NCBI GenBank assembly: GCA_028534125.1
Contig: CM052816.1
Span: 86,988,001 to 87,052,000 of the forward strand
Origin: Lama glama
Taxonomy: Eukaryota
Reading direction: 5' to 3'
DNA: 64,000 nt
Positions 1-12,411 of this stretch are shown piece after piece. The notes under the pieces are model-generated. The model saw only the letters and a list, made by a program, of their open reading frames with translations, was not told the DNA's origin and ran no database searches. The position numbers were made by a program, and so were the translations under genes. Every line of letters starts with the position of its first letter. Position 1 is the first letter of the stretch.

Positions 1-14
1 TTGTGCCAAGTAGA

Positions 15-100
15 GCTGAGGATGAAGATTAAATATATTGAAATGTGTGAAGACTTTAATATGGTTTCTGGTACATGCAAAGACTACTGTTTATTTATTA
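15..100 (+). mobile_element. MIR SINE 3' fragment
   Basis: gaagattaaat...tgtgtgaagactttaatatggtttctggtacatgcaaag...ttatta resembles the MIR 3' tail (gaggattaaatgag...gtaaagcacttagaacagtgcctggcacatag), recalled consensus. Confidence 0.5.
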
Positions 101-534
101 GGTCAGTTTGACTACTGAGAGATTACTGAGAATTCATCACATACTAAGCCCTGCTGTAAGTTTTGAAAGGTGTATTCTTCAAAGATCTTTTTTTAATTAG
201 TTACAATAATCATCACGTGAAATATGAAGGGAAGTCAGTTCCTACATTGACACGTTAAGTACTTTATGTGTGGTTTTGTTTATTGTTTTCAGTTATTCCA
301 GAAAGTATGTATTCGTTTAACATTATAAACCAGTAAAATTTTCAATGTAGTAAACAGATTATATGTAAGTAAAGTAAATAGACACATACAGAGGGCATTG
401 CTGACAGGAGCTCATTAATCTGACATAGCACCTGCTTTTCCAAATTTGGAAATCTATTACTCTGAATTCAGACTTGTTCAGCGTTTTTGAAAGAATAATA
501 TGATTTGATTTCACAAAAAAATCATTTTTAACTT

Positions 535-655
535 TTAATTCAATGTGTTAAAATTCATTATTATCATTCTTTTTGATGTTCAAATTGTCCCAAATTTGGC
601 CAATATAAAGCTAATTCCAGCTGGTGCCAGAGTTCTTCTGTCATGTTCCCATCTG
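535..655 (-). mobile_element. Old L1 (L1MC4/L1MC5-like) 3'UTR fragment
   Basis: ttttgatgttcaaattgtcccaaatttggcca...cagctggtgccagagttcttctgtcatgttccc matches the antisense L1MC 3'UTR motif. Confidence 0.6.
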
Positions 656-3600
656 GTACTTTCAGAATACTTAACAGGCTAAATTTAAAGCTACACAGAG
701 AAAAGTGTATCTTCCAACATGTTTAATACAGAAAGCAACATTTTGCCGTAGAAAGCAAAACTTAAAAGTAAGTGCCCCAGTGGCTGTGGATTGTTGAGAA
801 TGCTGCAATGCTGTGATGAGAACAGTACTGACAATGACAGAACAGCACAGCTTAGAGTTAGGGCTGCTCTTACATTCACTTTTCTATCTAAAAATATTAT
901 TTCCAACAAGGAATCTTGAAATACTCAAGAAAAAATACTTCATTTTAAGATCTATTTACTTTCCAAAATCTGAGTTCATGTTAGGTTTAAATAGCCACAT
1001 AGAGAAAATACATTTTTGCATTTTAGTTCTTCAATTAACTAAGATTGATTATAATATTGAATTATGCATTATTAAATTAGATTATGCTATAAGAAAATTA
1101 TATTGATATTTTGAAAGAGTGTATTGTTATAAATAATGTTTACCATGGCCACTTACATAAAGTAGGACTTTTTTCCTTAGCCTACTTAAAAATAAAATGA
1201 ATAAAAAGGCTCAGTGAAGTTCCACAAATATAGGTGTAAATTTTTTCTACACAGAACATTTAGTGTCATAAGTAATATCTCTTCAATATCCTATTTTTTC
1301 TTATTTTTCAAATGTCTATGAATTGTCTGAAAGGCTGTTCCACCAGAATCACCTAGACTCACACATGCAGCTGCATTTATCTGGTAGATGTGATAGAGCT
1401 GGAGGATCTAATATGACCTTACAGATAAGTATCATAAACCATAAAAATGAAAGTCAGGGGACAAATTTGGTACATTATCTCATTTACTGTCTGTACACTC
1501 CAGGTGTCCCAATTTCCTGCAAAAGTTGTTGCAATCTGGGCATTTCTTGCAAAGGAGCTAAAGTAATTCCCTATGGTATTTTATTTTCTGTTGAGCTGAG
1601 TTCTGTTGCATTCTGTTTTACCCTGTTATGTTGTAGTCCAGTCAATTCTTCATTTTTGAAAAAAAAATCTGATGTGCAATCCACTAATTTAGATTCCTGC
1701 CTGACTAACACGCAACAGAAATCTGTTTAGCCAACACTAATATGAAGGAGGTATTCATCTTTCATATTCTTGTATGTACCCTCATTAAAGTTGTATGCTA
1801 CTTTTTAAAAGTTCTGGAGGCATATTGGTTTTACAGAGCCATTAAAGGAAAGAACAAAATGAAATTATTTAAGGCAATGGTGTATTGATTTAATATTATC
1901 CTGTTTTTACAAGTTCAAGTTGATATTATAGGAGGCTTAAAAAAATTGAATACTCTTACAAGGTCATGTGCTATTCTATTTCATTATAAGATCCCTATGC
2001 AAGTCGTTATATGATACCTGTATATTATACAAAACCTTTCACAACTATCTTTACATATGGATGACACTCTTTTTTCCCCATTGTTGAGGGCTCATTGTCT
2101 GACTCTGCTCAGATTTCCTTCTAATACCTCCTAACTGAGCATGAATCCCACCATAGAATGCCTTATTGTGCTTATTTTTTTCGTGTAATAACCAAGTTTC
2201 CATCTTGCTATTTGAGCATGTCATTGTGATATGGGGAGGCACTTTGAGTTGAAGGTGACTTTTTTTGTTTCTTTCTTAGTTGTTTGATAATCACTCTAAT
2301 TCCTGTTCATTTGATTCCAAGTGTGTGAAAACCGTATGTATGCTTTTGAAGACAAGGTGTTGCAAAAACCTAGATATTTGCTAATCCAACTCATAAGCTG
2401 ATTTTTCTGCTTGTTTGCTTAATTTCTTTCTACATTTCATTGTAAATTTTTCACACCTCATGCATGACTGCATATTATAAAAACATTATTAAAGCTACTT
2501 TTACATCTTTTTACTCCCAGTGCATAATAGCTACTTATTTTTTATTGGATAATCTACAGCTAAAACAAAGAATATAGACTCAAAAATATTGATATCTATT
2601 ATATGAGACTTTTACGATTGATGGTGTGATGTTTTGTGGTGTTAAGGGGATTTACTGAGTGAAGGTCTTTGAGATGACCATTGATGTATCACCAAAGAAA
2701 GGAAGAACCATCAGGGTTATAAGCAATGGGAGATAATTTTTCAAATAATATTTTTCTTTATGGACTTTGCATATCTACCTGAAAACATATTTAAATCTGT
2801 ATGAATTATAATTTTTTATTAGTAAGAATCTGTTTAGCTCTTCATTATTCATTTAGCATTTCATCTTCAACTTCCCATAGAAAAGAAGAGGAGTTCTGAG
2901 TCAGTTTGCAATAGAAAGAAGTACTGGAGCTCTCCTTCTGGCTTCATTTTCTCCTTAACTCCCTTGCTCATAATATCACAGGAGGTGGCTGGTATAATGG
3001 GTAGGCCTGCTAATATAGTCACGTCAAGTAGGCTGTTAAGCTGGGCCAGTAAATGAGGGAAGTGGGATCTAATTTTTCCTTAATATGCTCATGGATATGC
3101 AAAGAAATTCACCTACACATATTTATTCTTTGAGTGGAGTAAATATATTCATATTTCCTGCAGATTTAATGAAAATATTTAATATTTTAGCTTAAGATTT
3201 AACTTTCCCACACACAGGCTAAAAGGTCTGAACTTGGAGAAACAGTGGGCAGAGGAAGAGGAAATATGAGTGCTAGTCTTCTTTGAAATATACTCAAAAC
3301 TCTTAGGTTGTTAGATTTAGGGAAGCATCGCTTTTCAGTTGTTTACAAATCAGGGGAGAAAGAAGGCAGTATCAGCATCCCCAAATTTCAGACTCTGTAT
3401 TGGTCACTAACGACTCTAGGAAAGAAACTGAAATGCTTATTTTTGTTTTAATTTTAGCATTTTATAGTATTAATGTACATATCAATTTTATTGGTAGGAA
3501 AAAATGAACAGGTTTTTAACTCGAACACAATATATCATCTATTCCGGTGAGCACTAGAAGTACTTTATGAAACTTACTTTGATAGGTGGGCTTGTGAAAT

Positions 3601-5974
3601 TGTAATTAACATATTATAGCTATAAACTCAGTAAAAAAGCACACAATAGTAATTTGCAATCTCTGTGAATGGTACAGATGCACAAATTTTAATTATTATA
3701 AACTGAATTAATATAGGAGTGGTGAGTATATCTTATGGTATTAAATTTTATCTACTATAAAAAACCATGAACTAATCTCGTACTTACCACTTTCTTTTCC
3801 TTTGTTAGAAATCAAAGTACACTTGTGTGACAATATATAGTAGTGTTACTTAATTAGTACTTTCACAGTCTGAGAATGAAAGAAATTTATTAGATGGCAC
3901 AAGAGTGAGAGAACAAGGCTGATTTTAAAGGCAGAAGTGATATTGATTACCCTCCAGTCTTCTTAGCAGAGAGAATTATGAGATTCACGAGGAAATCTCA
4001 AACTTACTGTTCTTCAAGGGCTGGGCAGTGAGAAAGTAGGAATAAAATTTCTGCTAATGATATTGTTCACATCGTTTTATATAGTTTGAACAGACACGCA
4101 CAAATGAATAGATTTACAAATCAGCACACATATTTGTACTGCCGTAATTTATGCAGCCAATTCTTTGTGGGTTTATACACACACAGAATTTCCCCATGGA
4201 TATTGATGATTAAAATATCCTCCCTTTGAGGTAAGCTTGGGGATGTATGAAAAGTGGAGCAAGACTTGTTGATACACAATTATATAAAAATAGATAAATT
4301 AATAAAATTTAATTATATGCATTTAGCAAAAAAATGTAGTAAGAGAGGAGCAAAAATATATTTACATACACTCATTATACTCATAACCTTACACATGAGG
4401 CGAGACTTTTAGAGATTTGAACCTCTTTTTCCCCAAGTTGGCTTATGATATGCTGTGATAATATATGATAATGTCGCTTCCTTAAATGTGACTGACTCCA
4501 AGCATTGTACACCACATTTCATGGCTTCTAAACATAAACTGTCTATTTCGTATAAATGATCTGCTATGAATTTTTAAGCTGGAAACAAAACTGTCTGCTG
4601 GGCTTATAATGAGAGAAATTTTAGGTCTCATACATGAAGACAACATATAAAACTTTCAAGAATAATTTCTACTTACTGTGACTTGGGCAACTAAATGCTA
4701 TGGAAGCCACAGTTCTATAAAGGAGTATATTCTGTTATCTCTTCCAAACATGGAATTAAAAAAATCAATCAGAAGGAAAGTATAGATGGATATATATACA
4801 TATGTATGTATACACACATATATGTCTGTATAAAATTTCCCAATAACAAAAAAGAAGAAAAAGATTGATAATATAGTATTTGAAACAAATAAATGAAAAC
4901 TTCTAAGTAATCATATTAAACTTTATGTTTCTTTAATAAAAATGATGCATTTGGGCTTATTAAAACCTTAGCATTATAAAACTTAAAAATTATTAATGAA
5001 AATAAATAATAGACAAATGTTAAAAATTAAGTGTATATATTAATAAATATAGAATAAAATAAATAGTAATGGGCATGATTCCCAGATATAGTTAATATTC
5101 TTAATAAGGCAAATGATTTAAGTTGTGAATATTATGCACTTAAATTAAATCTTTTATTTTAGGTAAGTAAAAATTGAGAAATAGACATAATAACAACCTT
5201 ACAATGAAGGAAATGAGTGTAAATTACTAAGAATTAAGAGTTCAGATAGAAGAGAAAAAAAGCAGAGATTTAGGATTCGACTAATACAGTTAACCAGTTG
5301 GAGCTGGGAAGCTAGATATTGAATATTTTATATAGTAGAGCACACACATTGTTTTCCAATGTATATACTAATAAATATAAAAGAAAAATCCCATAAAGGA
5401 AGATCGTTGAATTCTCAGTTTATAGTGCAATAAAACAGTAAATAATGAGAATAAAATTGATGGAGAAGTGTAGGGAGACATTTGTTGGCATTTTAAGACA
5501 AGACAAGAAGATGAAACAGCAAAAAAAAAAAAAAAGAAAGAAAGCTTGTACTTTGAGTTCCATAACACGTGTTCTTTCATCATTTGCTCTGAGAATCTGG
5601 AGCAGATCTATTCCAGGAAATCAGCCTTAAGGGACAGTTAACCCAAGGTGCAGCAGTAGAAAACATTTCTTCTGATGTTAAACCGCCTCACGTCTGTTTG
5701 TTCTTGGTTTTCTCCAACTAAAGGGAAAGATCTGCTGTGGTTCCAGTGAATGAAGTTTAATTGAGCTGGTATATAACAGAAGTCAAGTCCTTATGATACT
5801 CTTGTTTCCATGCTGATTTGATAACAATTTTAAATTACTATAAAGCAATATTACTCAAAGGAATTTAAGACACATATAAAAAGAATGATTGTATAATCCT
5901 GATGAACCCATAGTTTTAATGATTCTGCTATGGAATATTTCAGAGTGTTAATAAGAATGAATAAAACTGTATAG

Positions 5975-7090
5975 ACTTTCATCATTCATTCATTTACTTA
6001 TTCAAGAAATATTTATTAATCATTTCCATAAAGATTACAGAAGATTGGACATTTGAAAATACAAGACTCCAAAAAGCATACTCAAAGAAGGTGTTTCTTT
6101 AAAGGCAAAGGAACAGAAAGAGAAAGAGGGAGCAGTCAGATGGGGGCAAGTCTCAGAAATCAGCCAGTGACATACCCCCATTGTCCATATTCTGAGATTG
6201 ACCATCAAGATCTGTACAAAAGTTTTGGCTTTCAGAAGTCTCAGTAGAGAAGTCACCAGAGGAGATTTTTATCCCCTTGTGATCTTGTGGTGAAGCCAAG
6301 TTTTCTAACTAACTGTGCTACTTTAAAACCATTAGTAAACATACTGTTCCTAGGATGTTTCAGACTTTATACAGCACAGCATAATGCCCACCATTCTCAC
6401 TGAAGCCAAGAGTTAAAGCCAGATATTTAGGAGACCCCAGAGATATTTATTCAAGCTGTAGATCAACTCTATCTTAGACTCCTACAGTGTGCCAGGCACT
6501 GTGCTAAACTCAGAATACAACAATAAACGAAAGAAAGTAAATTGCTGTCTCCCTGGGAGACTAAATAAATAAACATCTATTAGGCTACACAGTGGTAATG
6601 CCGTGGAGAAAAATAAAAGAGGACAAAATACGTGTCGTCAAAGGTGGTGCAGTTACTATTCTAGATCCAGTGGCCAGAAGGACCTAATTTGCAAAAAGTA
6701 GAGATGTGAGGGAAATGAGGAGGTGAGCTGCATTTTTTGTCTGGGGGAAGAACATTCCAGGCTGAAGGAATAGCAAGTTTAAAGACTTTGAAATGGGATA
6801 TACTGCATTGTTCCCAAACCTGATGAAGCCAGTGTAGTGACAAGACCCTGTAGCAGGACTTGAAGTGAGAGAGGTAACTGGAGATAGATTACATAGGACT
6901 TTTTCAAGGCTTTTGAGAAGACCTGGTTTTTCTGAGTGAAATAGAAAGTCTCTGGACTTGGTTAAGCAATGTTATGTTATGACACTGGTTGCTATGCTTA
7001 AAAAAGAATAAAAGGAGGCAATGACAGAAGCAGAAAACTATTTGTGGGGGCTGCTTATTCAGATGCTGGTTAATGCTGTCTTGGGCTTGC
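5975..7090 (-). mobile_element. L2 LINE 3' portion, interrupted by an unassigned ~450 bp insert (about 6030-6480)
   Basis: L2 terminus cattcattcatttacttattcaagaaatatttattaa at 5980-6020 resumes as cctacagtgtgccaggcactgtgcta at 6481, then ctgggggaagaacattccaggctgaaggaatagcaag. Confidence 0.75.
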
Positions 7091-9234
7091 AATCCAGCTA
7101 CATATCTTAAAAACGATACAGACAGTCTAGCCTCAGAGTACGTTCAGGGAAGTTTCAAACTTTAAATAGCACATTATAAATCATTAGCAGCCTCTCTCAT
7201 CCTTATTTTGGACAAGGGTCAGTAGCAGATTTCCCGGTATCTCTGGAGATAATCATAGAACTGTCCCATGAGATGTAAGATAACTCTTACAGCCCGACTT
7301 CCTGATCTTGGCCAAGGCTTTTTAATTATAAATTGCCAGTAAGCGTCCTTGCTTCTGCATCTTTTGCACCATTTATAAAACAGAAGAAGCAGAAGGGAAA
7401 AAAAATACCAAAATTCTAGCTATGTGTTATCATCCAGTGAAGTATTTCTTAAAAGAAATACCTCAGTTAATTAGATAGTCTAACACAAATTTCTTTAAAA
7501 TTGTGCACAATCTTAAATTCATTTTACCTTTTTTTAAACAGCATCCCCTTTTCATTTATTGTCTGCATTTTGTCTTCTTTTAGTGCTTATCCTAAAGTGT
7601 TGTGTGCATAGTTTACAATTCTGTTCCAAAGCATAAATCCCATTAATATTTTTCTTCTAACAAGACATAAAACACATTTCTCTACCCTTTAAAACTTCCT
7701 GCTTTCTAATTTTTGTTTAAAACTCCCTGCTTACTCTAATTTTCTTGTATTTTTATTATTTGCTACTTAAATTTCACAATGTCTCTAAACACTTGAATTT
7801 ATCATTAGAACTTTTATTTACACTATTATGTTCAATACTTCCTCAAATTTACAAATATCCTCCACCACCGTATTTCACTCTTAAAAAAAAAATCTTACTC
7901 TTCTTTTTTTTTTCCCTTAGTAGCCCTTTGTGCTTAAGTTCATCTTTTAGTTGTTTCTTCAGAGACTACATGGGTATTAAAACCTGCCTTTTGTGTTTCA
8001 CAGATTGTCTTCATTCCCTCTTCACTATTAAATAAATATTTGGAATGCCCTCATTCTTATGGCTTAATGGATTTATTATTTACGTAAAGGTCTTGTTCAT
8101 AGTCTTTCTTCAGTTAAAGAGGCCAGTGTTTATGAATGGTGCTCATGTAAGTGCTAAGTAAACATTTTTCAGGGGTGACCTCAAAATATTTTTAACTGGG
8201 AGAAAATATAGGGTAGTTTCCTCCAGCAAACAAAAATTCCTTAAGCAAAAATAACATCATTAAAATCAAATTTAAAAATTAAGACTCTGTCACATCCAAA
8301 TTGATTAGACAAGGAAAGATTTATCATACTTAGGACATTTATTCAAAAGACATACCATTCTCTACGTGGTATTTTGCAAACTACTTCAAATACTGTTTTC
8401 TAGGACATGTGACTGAAATATGAGTATTATTAGATGAAATACGGTGCTATAGTGGGAACTTTATTTGAACTAGATGAAAGGAGATAATTTTATTTGAACT
8501 CATGTAAAATGTGTCTGGTTTAATTATTTTGTTTCTGTAATAATCTCTCCACTCAAATATATAACTAATAATAACTATATATAACAAATATATAACTAAT
8601 TCCTTACAAAAATATGAACTACTAAAGACATTATTTTTTAAATGCAGCTTTTAAGTTTTAACATCTGTGAAGTCAATTTTGTATCTTAGGATTATATGGA
8701 TTTCTTTTTTTATATTCTGCAGGCCTAGAATAACTAATTGGTCAAATATTGTCATAATCTAATACTTCCTCAATTTTTTTTCTTTTTTAAATATCTAATC
8801 TGTTTGAAAATACTATATGCAAAATATTCTTATTCTATTTTTCTTCCTCATCATAAATATTTTAATTTAGTATTTTGAAAATAAACTAGTTCTAATTTTC
8901 ATTGATTTAAACACATAGCTGAGGTAAATTGTTCAGTTCTTTACCTCACTATTTTAGCAAATGTAGTTTCAATTTTGCACCCCATAGAAATAGTAAATTT
9001 TTATTGGCTCTCTACCCACTTTAAATATAAAATAAAAAATGCTTTCCAGAACCATGAGGGATAGTTGACTGACCATTTTGTCATCTCTTCTCGTGAATTT
9101 AAAGACACTTACTGTAAAAATTCACTCAGGGAAGGAAATGAGGAAAAAAAGAAATGACATCTAATTGGCCCCCAGCTCTAATGCCAGCCCCCAGTCAAAA
9201 CATATTAAAAATAAACCTTTGTCTGTGTTCCGCT

Positions 9235-9600
9235 AATTCACTCAGTGATCCTTCTATTTATTCTTCCAGTTACTTATTAACATATATATATATTGAGTAT
9301 TTACTATGTGCAGGGTATTCTTCTAAGATCTTGTGTATATCAGCAAGCAAATCAATAGTGTTTGTCTTCATGGAGCTTACATTTAGCAGGGAACAACCAC
9401 AGTGAGCAAAAAATATATATATATCAAACAAATTTACTGTGTATTAGAAGGTTTTGAATGATAGGGGCAGAAGAAGAAGCAATGTTTTTAAAGAGGTTTT
9501 GCTATTAAAGAATTAGTGGTAGGATGCAATGTTAAATAAGGTGGTTAGATTAGGATTTGAAAGACAGCAAAAACATGAAATGATGGCAAGAGCCATATAC
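9235..9600 (-). mobile_element. L2 LINE 3' fragment
   Basis: tattgagtatttactatgtgcagggtattcttctaag...gtcttcatggagcttacatttagcaggg. Confidence 0.65.
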
Positions 9601-9639
9601 ATGTGATGGTTATACAATATTATGAATGTTTACAACAAT

Positions 9640-10842
9640 TTAAAGATGAGGTATCAAACCACAAAAGGGTCATAGATAAATCTTACAAACATAATGCTAA
9701 ATTAAAGACACCTGTGTGAAGCAGTTTCATACCCTAGGACCCCGATAACATGGCACTTGGGAAAAGGCAAAGTATAAAGATGGTAAAAAGATCAGTGATT
9801 TTGGGGGCTTGGGGCAGAGAAGAGAGAATTAAATAGGTGAACTCAAGGGATTATTTTTAAGGGTGGTGAAACTATTCTATATGATACTTTAATTGTGGAT
9901 ACATAACACTGCATTTTTCCAAAACACTTTACAGTACAAAGAGTGAAACTTGATATATAATTTTTTAAGTCCTTTGGGAGGTTAAGTCCCAGGGTGAAAT
10001 GCAGACTGTGGGTTTTTTTAAATTACAAATGTATGAAATAACTTCATTGAAATGGGTAAAGAGGAAAGTGTTGACCTAAATAACTTTGCAAATAAGTGGA
10101 CATTAAGGAACAGAGAAACTGTATGTAAACAATAACGTTATATCACAAAGGGTATGGGTTAAAAATGCTGATACTGCTATAATGTATACTAGACTTGAAC
10201 AGTTAAGTGAATGGATGGTGTGTGGTGGGAGCCAAGTTTCCCACAGCTTGAGTAGGAGTTCACAGATAAGCAAGGAGAGGAGGAGGGAGCAGTATGAGAT
10301 CATGTGTAGATTAATATCGATACAGATAGCTACATATAGGAATATTTGTGGATATATGTATCTGATAAGGTTAGTACACACACATGTATTTCTTTTCTCT
10401 GTCAGCCTAGAAGGCCTGGAAGAAAAACCTGCCAGTAGCAATGAGCAAACTTAAACTCAGTTCTTGGTATGTAATATCAATCTGCAGTGAAAGGAAGCAG
10501 GATTCCAAGGACATGTGACTGATTCTAGCAATGGGACAGGAAATATACAACACAAATCTGGAGTATTTTAGTACTAGCGTAAGAAATTGCTCTAAAACCA
10601 ACAAGTGAACAGACTATATCAAAGGAACACAAGAGCCAATTGAACGAACTCCCAAAGCTGAAAGATAGAACAATTTGAGCAACAAAATTAATAAAGCAGT
10701 GTTGATTTATAAACTGAAGTATAAAATAAATATCCGTAAGTCTATAGTAATATAAATAAGTTACTGAATACATATTTGAGGAAAAGAGACAAATCTCCCA
10801 TGCAAAACAATCCCAAATAATTATTACACACATTCTGCCCTC
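9640..10842 (+). mobile_element. Old L1 (L1MC3/L1MD-like) 3'UTR
   Basis: ggaaaaggcaaagtataaagatggtaaaaagatcagtg...ggtgaaactattctatatgatac...ggaacacaagagccaattgaa...gagacaaatctcccatgcaaaa are L1MC/MD 3'UTR motifs. Confidence 0.75.
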
Positions 10843-11306
10843 TATCTGAAATTAATATAGCTACTTTTGTTTTCTTTGTTCTAATTGTGTCTCCACTCTT
10901 TTTCTGCCTTTGGTGGTTTTTAACTAAGCATTTTACATGACTCCATTTTATCCTCTTTTTTAAAATCTCAGTTGTAATCCTTAACATTATTCTAATTCAC
11001 AGGTAGTACAAGTGCCTTATAATGGTAAAGTCTTAATTTCTCCTTCCCAACTCTTGTATCCTTGCTGTCATTCATTTCACTTATACATAAGCATATATAT
11101 AATCAAATACATTGTTGTTATAATTTTGAACAAACTGTTATCTCTTGGATCAATTAATTTAAGGAAAATATATATATTTTTAATTTTACTATCACTAACC
11201 CTTCTTTGATGCTCTTCCTTTCTTTATGTAGATCAAAACTTCTGACCTATATCATTTTTCTTTTTGCTAGAAAACTTAACGTATCTTGCAAGGCAAGTTT
11301 GATGGC
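10843..11306 (-). mobile_element. Old L1 (L1M/L1MD) inter-ORF/ORF2-start fragment
   Basis: tctgaaattaatatagctact...gctgtcattcatttcacttatacataagc...tttatgtagatc...tctgacctatatcatttt...tcttgcaaggcaag. Confidence 0.65.
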
Positions 11307-12199
11307 CTGTTTAGTTTGGATATTGGAACTGGAAGATATCAATTATATATGGACTTTGAAGTGTGGAGGTGGAAATAATAATCAACCAAGTAGAAACTTA
11401 GTTATACCATCTGATACCTAATAATTTTCTGCACAAATTTTGATATTATTTTATTTTGCAAAAATATAAAAACTGAAAAGAGATTATATGTAATATTTGT
11501 TTTTCATACTATGCCAAGTGGCAGTTATGTCACACATCAATGATAAGAATTCTAATTATAATTAACATTCTTTCATAGTCAGATAATTCATGTAGTTCAA
11601 AGAAAAATGGAGGCAAATCAGAATTTTGAATATTAAGTTCTTTGTAAAAACAAAATTGAAAATGAAGTTGTAAACAAAAAATAATCTTAAGCACAAAGCA
11701 CAGTTTCTAACAATAGGAACTAGATACAATTTTTATTGTTGCTGTCTGTGAAGAAGTACAGAGTACAGTGCATTTAAAATAATGTATATTAAAAGATAAT
11801 AAATAATGCAAGCTTTAAATAAATAAATGGGAAATAGTTGCTTCACTCAGATGTGAGGAATTTAAATGTGTATTTTTCTGTTTCTGAGCCATAAATATAT
11901 AAGAATTCAATTAAATCTGTGGGATTATTAAATTATTACATTGAGAAGTACAGGTATACTAAGTGAACACCTAACACAGTCTTATAGCTCAGAGATAATA
12001 AAACAAAAAAGCAATTAGTTTTGTATTTCTTTAGATACAGTCTTACAAGACAATGCAGCAAAAGTATCCACACTAAGTTAGTAAACAGAGGCTAAATGTC
12101 AATGAGTTGAGGAGAATAACCAAGATGTAGCAAGAATTGTGTTAATCATACGACACAGGCCATGGAAAAAGAAATTTATCTTTGAGATGAAGGTAAATA

Positions 12200-12320
12200 A
12201 GATATATATATATCATATATCATATGATATATATCATATATCTATATGATATAGATATATGATATAGATATATATAAAAGATATATATAGATATATATAA
12301 ATACATAGTTAATATATAAT
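12200..12320. repeat. AT-rich (TA/GATA) low-complexity tract containing an 18-bp perfect palindrome
   Basis: Direct inspection; arms 12230-12247 and 12249-12266 are reverse complements. Confidence 0.9.
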
Positions 12321-12411
12321 TCTCAACTAAATAAAGTAAATAATTGACCTGGATATTATCTTTGTCTCTTTTTCACCAAGTCCAACAACATTTTTTAGAT
12401 AAATCTTAGTC

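Noticed and set aside
1323..1730. 135-aa ORF as a host gene
   Set aside because: Non-ATG start, no recognisable domain, no convincing splice boundaries; expected by chance
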